From positions 1 through 59,311 of the forward strand of contig CAIKBD010000150.1 in NCBI GenBank assembly GCA_903825565.1: 59,311 nt of DNA. The letters run 5' to 3'. Position numbers and translations under genes: made by a program. Below are positions 45,218 through 53,818 of this stretch, piece by piece (the first letter of the stretch is position 1; the number at the start of each line of letters is the position of its first letter). The notes beneath the pieces were generated by a model that was not told the origin of the DNA, made no database searches, and was given only the letters and a program-made list of their open reading frames with translations. The stretch is from an uncultured Anaerolineales bacterium (GTDB lineage: Bacteria; Chloroflexota; Anaerolineae; UBA4142).

Positions 45218-45922
45218 ATGATGCGCGATATTTTTTTCGATCTCGAAACCAAAGAACTGCTCGATCAAAACGCCCCCGACGTGGACGCGGCGATTCGCGC
45301 CCTGCACATGTCCGTCGGCATGACGTGGTGCGCTTGCCACGACAAACAAATTTTTCATAGCCCCGCCGCGTTGGCGGAACACCTGCTCGCGCACGAACGC
45401 ATCATCGGGTTCAACAACGTTCACTTTGATAACGCCGTGCTCGCCTGGGCGCCCGAACGTCCCGTCCACGACACTTTCGATCCGGTCACCGGCAAACACA
45501 CCCTGGTCAAGCCCTTGCCCGACGCGCCGGCGGAACTCAAAAAAATGCTCGACGCCAAATCGTTCGACGTGTTGGCGGATTTGGAAACCCGGCTGGGGCA
45601 TCGCGTTGGATTGGCGGCGTTGGCGGAAGGCACCCTCGGCAAGCAAAAATCCGCGTCGGGTCCCCAAGCCGTCGTGTGGAATCGCATCGCCGCGTTGTTG
45701 CGCGACAAATTGCCCTACGCGCTCACCGATGTCGGCGATCAAGAAGGCGCGGCGCGCATCAACGAGTTGGGCGCGTGGTTTCAGGAACGCCTCGAACAAT
45801 ATTGTTACCAGGACGTGGTCTTGCTCAAAAAAGTGTTCGAGTCTGGCATTGCCAACAAACGCGTCGCGTATATTGATTTCGAGGGCGAACGCCGCGTCGT
45901 GCGCGTGCAATGGCGCGCGTAG
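45218..45922 (+). CDS. RNase H-fold DEDD-type 3'-5' exonuclease-like protein
   Basis: IFFDLET (Exo I), IGFNNVHFDNAVL (Exo II) and YCYQDVVLL (Exo III, Y-x3-D). Confidence 0.6.
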   Translation: MMRDIFFDLETKELLDQNAPDVDAAIRALHMSVGMTWCACHDKQIFHSPAALAEHLLAHERIIGFNNVHFDNAVLAWAPERPVHDTFDPVTGKHTLVKPLPDAPAELKKMLDAKSFDVLADLETRLGHRVGLAALAEGTLGKQKSASGPQAVVWNRIAALLRDKLPYALTDVGDQEGAARINELGAWFQERLEQYCYQDVVLLKKVFESGIANKRVAYIDFEGERRVVRVQWRA

Positions 45923-45940
45923 AGCAAGCGTCCGCGCGTA

Positions 45941-45966
45941 ACGCCCACCCGTTCAACAGTTCAACT
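45941..45966 (+). repeat. 26-bp direct repeat, left copy
   Basis: ACGCCCACCCGTTCAACAGTTCAACT, identical to 46117-46142. Confidence 0.85.
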
Positions 45967-46004
45967 GGGCGCGCGTCACGGTTTTGGGTGCGGCACAGGA
46001 AATC

Positions 46005-46073
46005 GGACGTGGACGAGCGCAGACGAGCGCGGAGAAATAAACCATCTGCGTTCGTCTGCGTTTGTCTACGTCC
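46005..46073. repeat. Palindromic decamer-built element, copy B (diverged)
   Basis: Left arm GGACGTGGACGAGCGCAGACGAGCGCGGAG. Right arm CATCTGCGTTCGTCTGCGTTTGTCTACGTCC. Confidence 0.7.
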
Positions 46074-46116
46074 AAGCTAATGAATTGGGTTGTGTGCCTG
46101 CCAATCCAAAACTTTG

Positions 46117-46142
46117 ACGCCCACCCGTTCAACAGTTCAACT
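46117..46142 (+). repeat. 26-bp direct repeat, right copy
   Basis: ACGCCCACCCGTTCAACAGTTCAACT, identical to 45941-45966. Confidence 0.85.
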
Positions 46143-46149
46143 TCCCCAC

Positions 46150-46178
46150 TTGCGAATTATCTTTGACTGCGCTAGAAT
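46150..46178 (+). promoter_or_regulatory. Predicted promoter of fchA-folD-fhs
   Basis: TTGCGA-17 nt-TAGAAT. Confidence 0.4.
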
Positions 46179-46216
46179 ACGCGCACGCTTGATCCAACCG
46201 GCAAGGAGTCCCCTGA

Positions 46217-46843
46217 ATGTCATTCGCCACGCAAACCCTGCAAACCTTTCTCACCGAACTCGCGTCCGCCGAGCCAGCGCCCGGCGGCGGCAGTGTCGCC
46301 GCCTTGAGCGGCTCCCTGGGCGCGGCGCTCGTTGCCATGGTTTGCCGTTTGACCATCGGCAGAAAAGGTTACGAAGCGGTAGACGCCGAAATGCAAACAA
46401 TCCTCCCGCGCGCCGAAGCGTTGCAACGTGAACTTGCCGATCTGATGCAAGCCGATACGGACGCGTACACACGCGTGATGGACGCCTATAAACTGCCGAA
46501 AAACTCGGACGCCGAAAAACTGGCGCGCACGCAAGCGATTCAAGCCGCGCTCCAACACGCCAGCGCAGTGCCCTTGCGCGTTGCCGAATTGTGCGAGCAA
46601 GTGCTAGAACTCGCACGCCCCGTGGCGGAGTACGGCAACAAGCACGCGGCAAGCGACGGCGGCGTCGGCGCATTAATGGCGGAAGCCGGCTTGCGCGGCG
46701 CGGCGTTCAACGTCACCATCAACCTGGGATCAATCCAAGACGAAAAATTCGTCCGCACGCATCGCGCGCGCGTCGCGCAACTCATCGCCGAAGCGGACAA
46801 CCGCAAGCGCGAAATTCTCCGTCTCGTCGAAGGCCGCCTGTGA
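46217..46843 (+). CDS. fchA: Cyclodeaminase/cyclohydrolase family protein (methenyl-THF cyclohydrolase FchA / FtcD C-domain-like)
   Basis: FLTELASAEPAPGGGSVAALSGSLGAALVAMV is the hallmark N-terminus of this family. Confidence 0.8.
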   Translation: MSFATQTLQTFLTELASAEPAPGGGSVAALSGSLGAALVAMVCRLTIGRKGYEAVDAEMQTILPRAEALQRELADLMQADTDAYTRVMDAYKLPKNSDAEKLARTQAIQAALQHASAVPLRVAELCEQVLELARPVAEYGNKHAASDGGVGALMAEAGLRGAAFNVTINLGSIQDEKFVRTHRARVAQLIAEADNRKREILRLVEGRL

Positions 46844-47754
46844 GCGCGCTCATTCTCAGCGGGCAACCCCTCGTCGAAAAAATGTGTTGCGAACTGCAAC
46901 CGCGCATCGAACAATTCCGCAAAGCCCACGGCGTTGCGCCGACCCTCGCGGCGTTGCGCGTGGGCAATGCGCCCGCCGCCGTCAGTTATGCCCACTCGAT
47001 TGATCGCGCGTTTACGCAATGCGGCATGGGCTTTCAAATGGAAGCCCTACCCGACGCCACAACCGCCGAACAAATTATCGCACGGCTGGCGGAACTCGAC
47101 CGCGACGATCACGTGCACGGCATTCTCCTGCAACGCCCATTGCCGCCCATATTGGATTGGCGTGCGATCATGATCGCGTTTCCGTTTATCAAAGATGTCG
47201 AAGGCGCATCGCCGATCAATTTCGGTAAACTCGCGTTGGATGTCGGCGAATATTTTGCGACGACCACGCCGGACGCCGCGCTAGAAATCCTGCGCCATTA
47301 CGAAATTTCGCCGGCGGGCAAACACGCGGTCATCGTGGGTCGCTCGAACATTCTCGGCAAACCGCTCGCGCTGTTGCTGCTGCGCGCAAACGCAACCGTC
47401 ACCGTTTGCCACACGCATACGCGCGACCTCGCGCAATATACGCGGCAAGCCGATCTGCTCATCGCCGCCGCCGGCAGTCCAAAATTCATTACCGGCGATA
47501 TGATCGCGCCCGCCGCAATCGTCATTGATTTCGGCGTCAACTTGCGCGGGGAACATCTCGTCGGCGACGTAGATTTTGCCGCCGCGCAAACCATCGCCTC
47601 CGCAATCACCCCCGTCCCCGGCGGCACGGGACCCGTGACCTCGATGCTGTTGATGCGGAACACGATTCACGCCGCCGAACAACAGATCAAACACATGGGC
47701 ACACGAGGACGAATTCGATGGCTTCCGACCTTGAGAACCAAGCCACGCAAATAA
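46840..47754 (+). CDS. folD: Bifunctional methylene-THF dehydrogenase / methenyl-THF cyclohydrolase
   Basis: GTG 46840 overlaps the fchA stop (GTGA). Motifs: LAALRVGN..A...Y, HGILLQRPLP, VIVGRSNILGKPLALLL, TVCHTHT, TPVPGGTGPVT. Confidence 0.9.
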   Translation: MSALILSGQPLVEKMCCELQPRIEQFRKAHGVAPTLAALRVGNAPAAVSYAHSIDRAFTQCGMGFQMEALPDATTAEQIIARLAELDRDDHVHGILLQRPLPPILDWRAIMIAFPFIKDVEGASPINFGKLALDVGEYFATTTPDAALEILRHYEISPAGKHAVIVGRSNILGKPLALLLLRANATVTVCHTHTRDLAQYTRQADLLIAAAGSPKFITGDMIAPAAIVIDFGVNLRGEHLVGDVDFAAAQTIASAITPVPGGTGPVTSMLLMRNTIHAAEQQIKHMGTRGRIRWLPTLRTKPRK

Positions 47755-49415
47755 AACCGATCGAAGAGATCGCGCAGAACCTGGGTCTAGAGGCGGACGA
47801 TTTCGATCTGCACGGCAAGACCAAAGCCAAAATTGCGCTCGCCGTGTTGACGAAATTCGCCGCGCGCCCCACCGGCAAGTACGTCGTCGTCACCTCGATC
47901 ACGCCAATGCCGCTCGGCGAAGGCAAAACGACAACGGCGATTGGCTTGGCGATGGCGCTCAACCGGCTGGGTCAGCGCGCGGCAGTCACGTTGCGCCAAC
48001 CGTCGCTGGGACCCATCTTTGGCATCAAAGGCGGCGGCACCGGCGGCGGGCGTGCCCAAGTATTGCCCACCGCTGAAATCAACTTGCATCTCACCGGCGA
48101 CGCGCACGCGGTCACGCTGGCGCACAACCTGCTCGCCGCGTTCGTAGACAATATGCTGTACCACGGCAACCCGCTCGAACTCGATCCCTGGTCAATCACT
48201 TGGGCACGCGCCAGCGATCTGAATGATCGTGCGCTCCGCAAAATTTTAACCGGGCTGGGCGGACGCGAAAATGGGATCCCCCGCGAAAGCGCGTTCCTCA
48301 GCACCGTCGCCAGCGAAGTGATGGCGATTCTTGCGCTCGCCACTTCGCGGCAGGATTTACGCGCGCGGCTGGGGCGCATCATCGTCGGCGCGACGCGCGC
48401 CGGCAAAATGATTACCGCGCAAGATTTGGAATGTGCCGGCGCGATGGCGGCGTTGCTCAACGACGCGCTCCGCCCCAACCTCGTGCAAACGTCCGAGCAC
48501 ACGCCGGCTTTGATTCACACCGATCCCTCCGCGCCGATTGCGCCCGCCAACAATTCGATCCTGGCGGATCGGATCGCGCTCAAATTGTGCGACATGGTGA
48601 TCACCGAAAGCGGATTCGGTTCCGATCTGGGTCTGGAAAAATTCTTTAACTTGAAAACCCGCGCGTCAGGTTTGACCCCGCACGCCATCGTCCTGGTCAC
48701 GACGATCCGCGCGCTCAAAATGCACGGCGGCGTCGGGCGCGTCGGCGGCGGCAAGCCCCTGCCGCCGGAATTGCTCCAGGAAAATTTCGCCGCGCTCGAA
48801 CGGGGTTGCGCGAATTTGATCCAGCACATCGAAAACGGCAATGCGTACCACGTGCCCGTCATCGTCGCGATCAATCGGTACGCCGAGGACACCGAACGCG
48901 AAATCGCCATCGTCGAACAAATCGCGCGGAATGCCGGCGCGGAGAGCGCAGTCGTTTCCGACGCTTATGCGCGCGGCGGCGCAGGCGCGATTGCGCTCGC
49001 CGAAGCCGTGACGCGCGCGTGCGCGAACCCGCCCGCGTTCAAGTTTTTATATGCGCTCGAATTGCCGATCAAGGCAAAGATCGAACGCATCGCCGAGCGC
49101 ATGTACGGCGCGGACGGCGTGGAGTACACCGCGCGCGCCGAGGAAAAAATCAAACGGCTGACCGATCTGGGTTTTGCGAAATTGCCGATCACGATCGCCA
49201 AAACGCACTTGTCGCTGACGCACGATCCGCAGATCAAGGGGCGCCCCCGCAAGTTCCGCTTGCCGATTGTGGATGTGAACGTCGCGGCGGGCGCGGGCTG
49301 GTTGAGCGCGCACTGCGACGATCCCCAACGCGGCGCGATGCCCGCCCTGCCGCGCGTGCCCGCCGGCGCACGCGTAGACGTGGACGCGGACGGCAAAATC
49401 ATCGGGCTGGGCTAA
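47718..49415 (+). CDS. fhs: Formate-tetrahydrofolate ligase
   Basis: VVVTSITPMPLGEGKTTTAIGL and the rest of the sequence are typical FTHFS. The SD is GAGGA. It overlaps the folD 3' end by 37 nt. Confidence 0.95.
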   Translation: MASDLENQATQIKPIEEIAQNLGLEADDFDLHGKTKAKIALAVLTKFAARPTGKYVVVTSITPMPLGEGKTTTAIGLAMALNRLGQRAAVTLRQPSLGPIFGIKGGGTGGGRAQVLPTAEINLHLTGDAHAVTLAHNLLAAFVDNMLYHGNPLELDPWSITWARASDLNDRALRKILTGLGGRENGIPRESAFLSTVASEVMAILALATSRQDLRARLGRIIVGATRAGKMITAQDLECAGAMAALLNDALRPNLVQTSEHTPALIHTDPSAPIAPANNSILADRIALKLCDMVITESGFGSDLGLEKFFNLKTRASGLTPHAIVLVTTIRALKMHGGVGRVGGGKPLPPELLQENFAALERGCANLIQHIENGNAYHVPVIVAINRYAEDTEREIAIVEQIARNAGAESAVVSDAYARGGAGAIALAEAVTRACANPPAFKFLYALELPIKAKIERIAERMYGADGVEYTARAEEKIKRLTDLGFAKLPITIAKTHLSLTHDPQIKGRPRKFRLPIVDVNVAAGAGWLSAHCDDPQRGAMPALPRVPAGARVDVDADGKIIGLG

Positions 49416-49446
49416 TTCGCAATTCGCACACGTGCGACGAGGGAGC

Positions 49447-49806
49447 ATGTTCTTCGACCTTTTGCATTTAGGCGACGGGCAACAAGCCGCACACTATTTT
49501 GCATTTTGCTTCGCTGCAATCCTCGGCGTGTTGCAAGGCGTCGCCGCGCGCTACATGCGGCGCGATTTGTTGTGGTTCGCGCCGCGCATCGCCTACGCGT
49601 TTTGCGCGCTCGCCGTCAGCGGCAGTTTCGTGTGGTTCTTTGTCACCGATGCGGAAATTTTTATACCGGGTTTAGCCGGCGGTGAACTGTTCACAATTTT
49701 TGTGGCGGCGTTCGGGATCGCCGTGCCGTTCACACGCGGAATTGCCTGGGTAGCGGCGCGACTCCGCGCGCCGGCGCGCATCCGCGAGAAAGAGCCGGCA
49801 GGATGA
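49447..49806 (+). CDS. Small integral membrane protein
   Basis: Three to four hydrophobic helices. Its stop overlaps the next ATG (ATGA). The alternative start is GTG at 49432. Confidence 0.55.
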   Translation: MFFDLLHLGDGQQAAHYFAFCFAAILGVLQGVAARYMRRDLLWFAPRIAYAFCALAVSGSFVWFFVTDAEIFIPGLAGGELFTIFVAAFGIAVPFTRGIAWVAARLRAPARIREKEPAG

Positions 49807-50381
49807 ATCCCGATCTCGCGCTCTTGCACTGGCTTAACGATTTTGTCGGCGTGTGTCCGCCGCTCGACTGGATCGCGCGCGCGCTCGTCAACGATTTTGC
49901 AATCCCAACCATCTGCGCGCTTGTCGCCGTCGCGCTGTGGTTTGCCGGCGCAACCGCCGCCGAACGCACGCGCAACCAACGCGCCGTAATCCTGATCGCG
50001 CTCGGTATTTTATTTTCGCAAGCCCTGATCAAGGACTTGGCGGGCTGGTATTTTCGCCCGCGCCCCTTTGCCGTGGAACCGGTCAAACTCTTGTTTTATC
50101 GTCCGTCCGTTTCATCGTTTCCCAGCATCCCGATTGCCGTCGTGTTCACCTTTGCGGCAGGCGCGTGGCGCGCCAACCGCCGGGTCGCCCAGGGTTTGAT
50201 CGGGCTGGGCATCGCGTACGCGTGGGCGCGCGTGTATGCCGGCGTCCACTATCCCAGCGACGTGCTCGGCGGCGCGCTCATCGGCGCGGGAATGATCTGG
50301 ATGCTCGCGCGGCTCGGTTTCTTTTTCGAACCGCTCGCCGATCAGTTCATCCGCATCGCGCGGCGGTGCGGCTTGGCGTAA
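49803..50381 (+). CDS. PAP2 family phosphatase (undecaprenyl-diphosphatase-like)
   Basis: PAP2 motifs: K...RPRP, SFPS, YAGVHYPSDVLGGALIG. Confidence 0.85.
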   Translation: MNPDLALLHWLNDFVGVCPPLDWIARALVNDFAIPTICALVAVALWFAGATAAERTRNQRAVILIALGILFSQALIKDLAGWYFRPRPFAVEPVKLLFYRPSVSSFPSIPIAVVFTFAAGAWRANRRVAQGLIGLGIAYAWARVYAGVHYPSDVLGGALIGAGMIWMLARLGFFFEPLADQFIRIARRCGLA

Positions 50382-50407
50382 CCCCAACGCTCACCTGTGA
50401 GGTCAGA

Positions 50408-51391
50408 ATGAACAACAGTGAAAGCACACGCAAGTTGATTGACGATTTAGGCAGCGCGAATCCGCTCGCGCGGTACCGCGCCGTAGACGCGCTGACGATG
50501 CGCCGCAACACGACCTTCGCCGCGATCAACGCGTTGCTCACACAAGGCACGCCGTTGCAACGCGTCGGCGCGGCGGAAATCTTGGGCCGCTGGCGCGATC
50601 CGAAAACGTTGCCGACATTGAGCGCCGGGATGAAAGACTCGGATGCGTCCGTGCGCGCGCGGTGCGTCGAAGCCCTGGGGCTGATGAACGACACGCGCGC
50701 GCTCGATGCATTGCTCGCCGCGACACGCGACACGCATCCCGAAGTGCGCGCCTGGGCGGTGGACGTGCTGGGCCGCTGGAAGCAAAAAGTGGCGCGCGAT
50801 ATTTTGCGCGACGCGTTGCAGGACCGCGATCCGAACGTGCGCTGGCACGCTGTGGAAGGGCTGGCGCGCGGCGGCGGCAAACGCGCGCTCGCGCAACTCA
50901 TCCCCCTGCTCGCCGATCGCGATGCCGGCGTGCGCGCACTCGTCGCCGAATTGCTGGGACACGCGCGCATTGCCGCCGCGCAAGAACCGCTGGTCGAGTT
51001 GTTGAACGACGACGATTATGCCGTGCGTTGGCGCGCGGCAGATGCGCTCGTCGCGCTCGGCAACGCACGCGTCATCCCCGTCATCAGCGCCCGTTTGAAA
51101 AACGTCGATGCCGGCGTGCGTTGGCGCGCGGCATACATCCTGGGCGGCTTGCAAGCCAAACGCGCCGTGCCCGCGCTCATCGCCACGCTCGACGATTCCG
51201 ACGCGCACGTGCGGGGGCGCGTCGCGGAGGCGCTCGGCGCAATCGGCGAGCCGCGCGCGCTGGACGCGTTGCGCGCGCACGCGAACGACGAAGCGTCCGC
51301 CGGGCATCTCGGCTCGGTCGGCGAAGTCGCGCAAGCGGCGATCACGTTGATCGAAAAACGTGCGCCGCGCACTCGCCGGAAAAAAGCGTAA
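50408..51391 (+). CDS. HEAT-repeat (PBS-lyase-type) protein
   Basis: About nine repeats of the type D.D..VR..A..ALG...D.RA...L. The ORF-track ORF from 49853 is an out-of-context extension. Confidence 0.8.
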   Translation: MNNSESTRKLIDDLGSANPLARYRAVDALTMRRNTTFAAINALLTQGTPLQRVGAAEILGRWRDPKTLPTLSAGMKDSDASVRARCVEALGLMNDTRALDALLAATRDTHPEVRAWAVDVLGRWKQKVARDILRDALQDRDPNVRWHAVEGLARGGGKRALAQLIPLLADRDAGVRALVAELLGHARIAAAQEPLVELLNDDDYAVRWRAADALVALGNARVIPVISARLKNVDAGVRWRAAYILGGLQAKRAVPALIATLDDSDAHVRGRVAEALGAIGEPRALDALRAHANDEASAGHLGSVGEVAQAAITLIEKRAPRTRRKKA

Positions 51392-51405
51392 CCGGTTTCC
51401 ACTCC

Positions 51406-51657
51406 ATTTTGAGGAGAGTTGTCCATACGCGGCAAGCGCACCAACGGTCGAATGAAAATTGCTGGGACGCGGACGAGCGCGGACGAGCACGGACAATTTG
51501 TTTTTATCCGCGTTAATCCGCGTTAATCCGCGTCCTATTTTCAAGGGAGTTGTCCGTGCGCGGCAAGCGCACCAACGGTCGAATGAAAATTGCTGGGACG
51601 CGGACGAGCACGGACTATTTGTTTTTATCTGCGTTCATCCGCGTTAATCCGCGTCCT
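51406..51657 (+). repeat. Tandem 131-bp + 121-bp duplication, each unit carrying a palindromic decamer element (copies C 51465-51535 and D 51596-51656)
   Basis: Both units begin ATTTT(G/C)A(G/A)G(G/A)GAGTTGTCC...CGCGGCAAGCGCACCAACGGTCGAATGAAAATTGCTGGGACGCGGACGAGC and end ...ATCCGCGTTAATCCGCGTCCT. The start-of-unit string ATTTTCAGAGGAG recurs a third time at 51658 as the aminotransferase RBS. Confidence 0.75.
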
Positions 51658-51676
51658 ATTTTCAGAGGAGCAAACG

Positions 51677-53008
51677 ATGACCTCGCCACGCATTTTAATC
51701 CCCCCGCCGGGACCGCGCGCGCAAGCGATCCTCGACCGCGACGCGCGCGTGCTGTCACCGTCGTACGCGCGCGATTACCCGTTCGTGATGGAACGCGGCC
51801 AAGGCGCAGAAGTCTGGGACGTGGATGGCAATCGGTACATTGATTTCGCCGCCGGCATCGCCGTCAATTCCACCGGGCATTGTCATCCCGAAATCGTCAA
51901 AGCGCTTCAAGTGCAAGCGGAAAAGTACATTCACATTTCGTCCGACTATTATCACGACGTGATGGTGCGGATCGCCGAGCGCATCAACGCCATCGCGCCG
52001 ATGCAAGAAGACGCGACGATCTTTCTCGCCAATTCGGGCACCGAGTCGGTCGAAGCCGCGCTGAAACTCGCGCGCTATGCGACGGGACGGCGGCAGTTCA
52101 TCGGCTTCCTGGGTGCGTTTCACGGACGCTCGATGGGATCGCTGTCATTCACGGCGAGTAAGGCGCGCCAGCAAGAACGGTTTTTCCCGACGATGCCCGG
52201 CGTGTGGCACGTGCCCTACCCCGATCCGTATCGCCCGGTTTTTCCGATTCCACCCGGCGGCGACATTGGCGACGCGGTGGTGGATTACATCGAAAATGTG
52301 CTGTTCCCCGAAGCCCTACCGTCGGACGAGGTTGCCGCGGTGCTGGTCGAGCCGATCCAGGGCGAGGGCGGTTACATTGTGCCGCCGCCGCATTTTTTTC
52401 CGCGCCTGCGCGAAATGTGCAACCGGCACGGCATCCTGCTGATCGTGGATGAGGTGCAAGCCGGCGTTGGGCGCACGGGCAAGTGGTGGGCAATTCAACA
52501 CTGGGACGTGGAGCCGGATATAATTTGCATTGCGAAAGGGATCGCGAGTGGCGTGCCGATGGGTGCGATGGCGGCGCGGCAATCGGTCGGCGCGAAATGG
52601 AAACCGGGCGCGCACGGCAACACGTATGGCGGCAATCCGCTGGCGGCAGTCTCCGCGCTAAAGACGCTCGACCTGATCGAAAACGGGATGATGGAAAATG
52701 CGCGCGCGTTGGGCGCATATATGCTCGCCGCGCTCAGCGAAATGCAGGCGCGGCATCCCAGCATCGGGCAGGTGCGCGGCAAGGGTTTGATGATCGGCGT
52801 CGAGTTCGTTCTGGATCGCGCGACCAAAGCGCACGCGAAGGAATTGCGGAACGCAGTCGTGCATCGGTGTTTTGAAACCGGCTTGCTGATGTTGGGTTGC
52901 GGGCAAAGCACGATTCGGTTTATGCCGGCATTGATGATCACGCAAGACTTGATTGACGAGGGGCTGGCAATTTTTGAAAGCGCGGTGACGCACGCCGAAA
53001 AAGCATGA
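51677..53008 (+). CDS. Class-III PLP-dependent aminotransferase (GabT/ArgD-like)
   Basis: DVDGNRYIDFAAGIAVNSTGHCHP, LIVDEVQAGVGRTGKWW and ICIAKGIASG (PLP Lys). The SD is GAGGAG. Confidence 0.9.
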   Translation: MTSPRILIPPPGPRAQAILDRDARVLSPSYARDYPFVMERGQGAEVWDVDGNRYIDFAAGIAVNSTGHCHPEIVKALQVQAEKYIHISSDYYHDVMVRIAERINAIAPMQEDATIFLANSGTESVEAALKLARYATGRRQFIGFLGAFHGRSMGSLSFTASKARQQERFFPTMPGVWHVPYPDPYRPVFPIPPGGDIGDAVVDYIENVLFPEALPSDEVAAVLVEPIQGEGGYIVPPPHFFPRLREMCNRHGILLIVDEVQAGVGRTGKWWAIQHWDVEPDIICIAKGIASGVPMGAMAARQSVGAKWKPGAHGNTYGGNPLAAVSALKTLDLIENGMMENARALGAYMLAALSEMQARHPSIGQVRGKGLMIGVEFVLDRATKAHAKELRNAVVHRCFETGLLMLGCGQSTIRFMPALMITQDLIDEGLAIFESAVTHAEKA

Positions 53009-53751
53009 ACGCGATCACGATCCTCGACGTTCGCATTGACGATGTGACCTACGCCGACGCGCTGGCGCACATCGAGATTTTTTTGCGCGAGCCGGGCTTG
53101 CATCACGTTGCGACGGTCAATCCGGAATTTGTCGTGATGGCGCAGACGCGCCCGGAATTTCGGCGGGCGCTGAACGCCGCCGCGCTCAACACACCCGACG
53201 GCGTGGGGTTGCTGTGGGCGGCGCGCCGGCTGGGCACGCCGCTACGCGAGCGCGTGACCGGGCAAGAGTTGGTGGATCGCATTTGCGCGCGCGCGGCGGA
53301 ACGGGGCGCGCGCGTTTTTCTGCTCGGCGCGCGCGAAGGAGTTGCCGCGCGTGCGGCGGCGGCGCTCAAAATGAAACAGCCGCATTTGGAAATCGCCGGG
53401 TGTTACGCCGGCTCGCCGGCAATGGCGGAGGAAGCGGACATCTGCGCGCGCATCACGGCATCGGGCGCGCACATCTTGTTCGTGGCGTATGGTCCGCCGA
53501 AGCAAGAATTGTGGATCGCGCGCAACGCGCCGCGCCTGCCCAACGTCGCGGTGGCGATGGGCGTCGGCGGCACGTTCGACACACTCGCCGGGATTGCGCC
53601 GCGCGCGCCGCGTTGGGTGCGCGACGCCGGGTTCGAGTGGACGTACCGCTTGTTGCGCGAACCCTGGCGCATCAAGCGGCAGATGAGTATTCCGTACTTT
53701 ATGTGGCTGGTCGTACGCCGGCAGGCAGTCAATCAATCAGTGAGACAGTAA
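53005..53751 (+). CDS. tagA: WecB/TagA/CpsF family glycosyltransferase
   Basis: VATVNPEFVV, NTPDGVGLLWAAR, FLLGA and FVAYGPPKQE. Its ATG overlaps the upstream stop (ATGA). Confidence 0.85.
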   Translation: MNAITILDVRIDDVTYADALAHIEIFLREPGLHHVATVNPEFVVMAQTRPEFRRALNAAALNTPDGVGLLWAARRLGTPLRERVTGQELVDRICARAAERGARVFLLGAREGVAARAAAALKMKQPHLEIAGCYAGSPAMAEEADICARITASGAHILFVAYGPPKQELWIARNAPRLPNVAVAMGVGGTFDTLAGIAPRAPRWVRDAGFEWTYRLLREPWRIKRQMSIPYFMWLVVRRQAVNQSVRQ

Positions 53752-53818
53752 GACGGTAAGGCGGCGGGCAATTCGAGAGGATGCGATTTTCGGTTGTCCG
53801 CCGCACGCTTCCACGCCA

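Noticed and set aside
45923-46216. Riboswitch (THF or ZTP/pfl type) upstream of fchA-folD-fhs
   Set aside because: I could not find the hallmark conserved segments (for example the CCGCCTGGGC 3' subdomain of ZTP). The region is instead explained by the repeat element and direct repeats. Only a covariance-model scan could settle this.
51459-51843. ORFs 51459-51647 and 51550-51843 (peptides containing SALIRVNPRPIF / SAFIRVNPRPIF)
   Set aside because: They are translations of the palindromic decamer repeat units and have no protein-like features.
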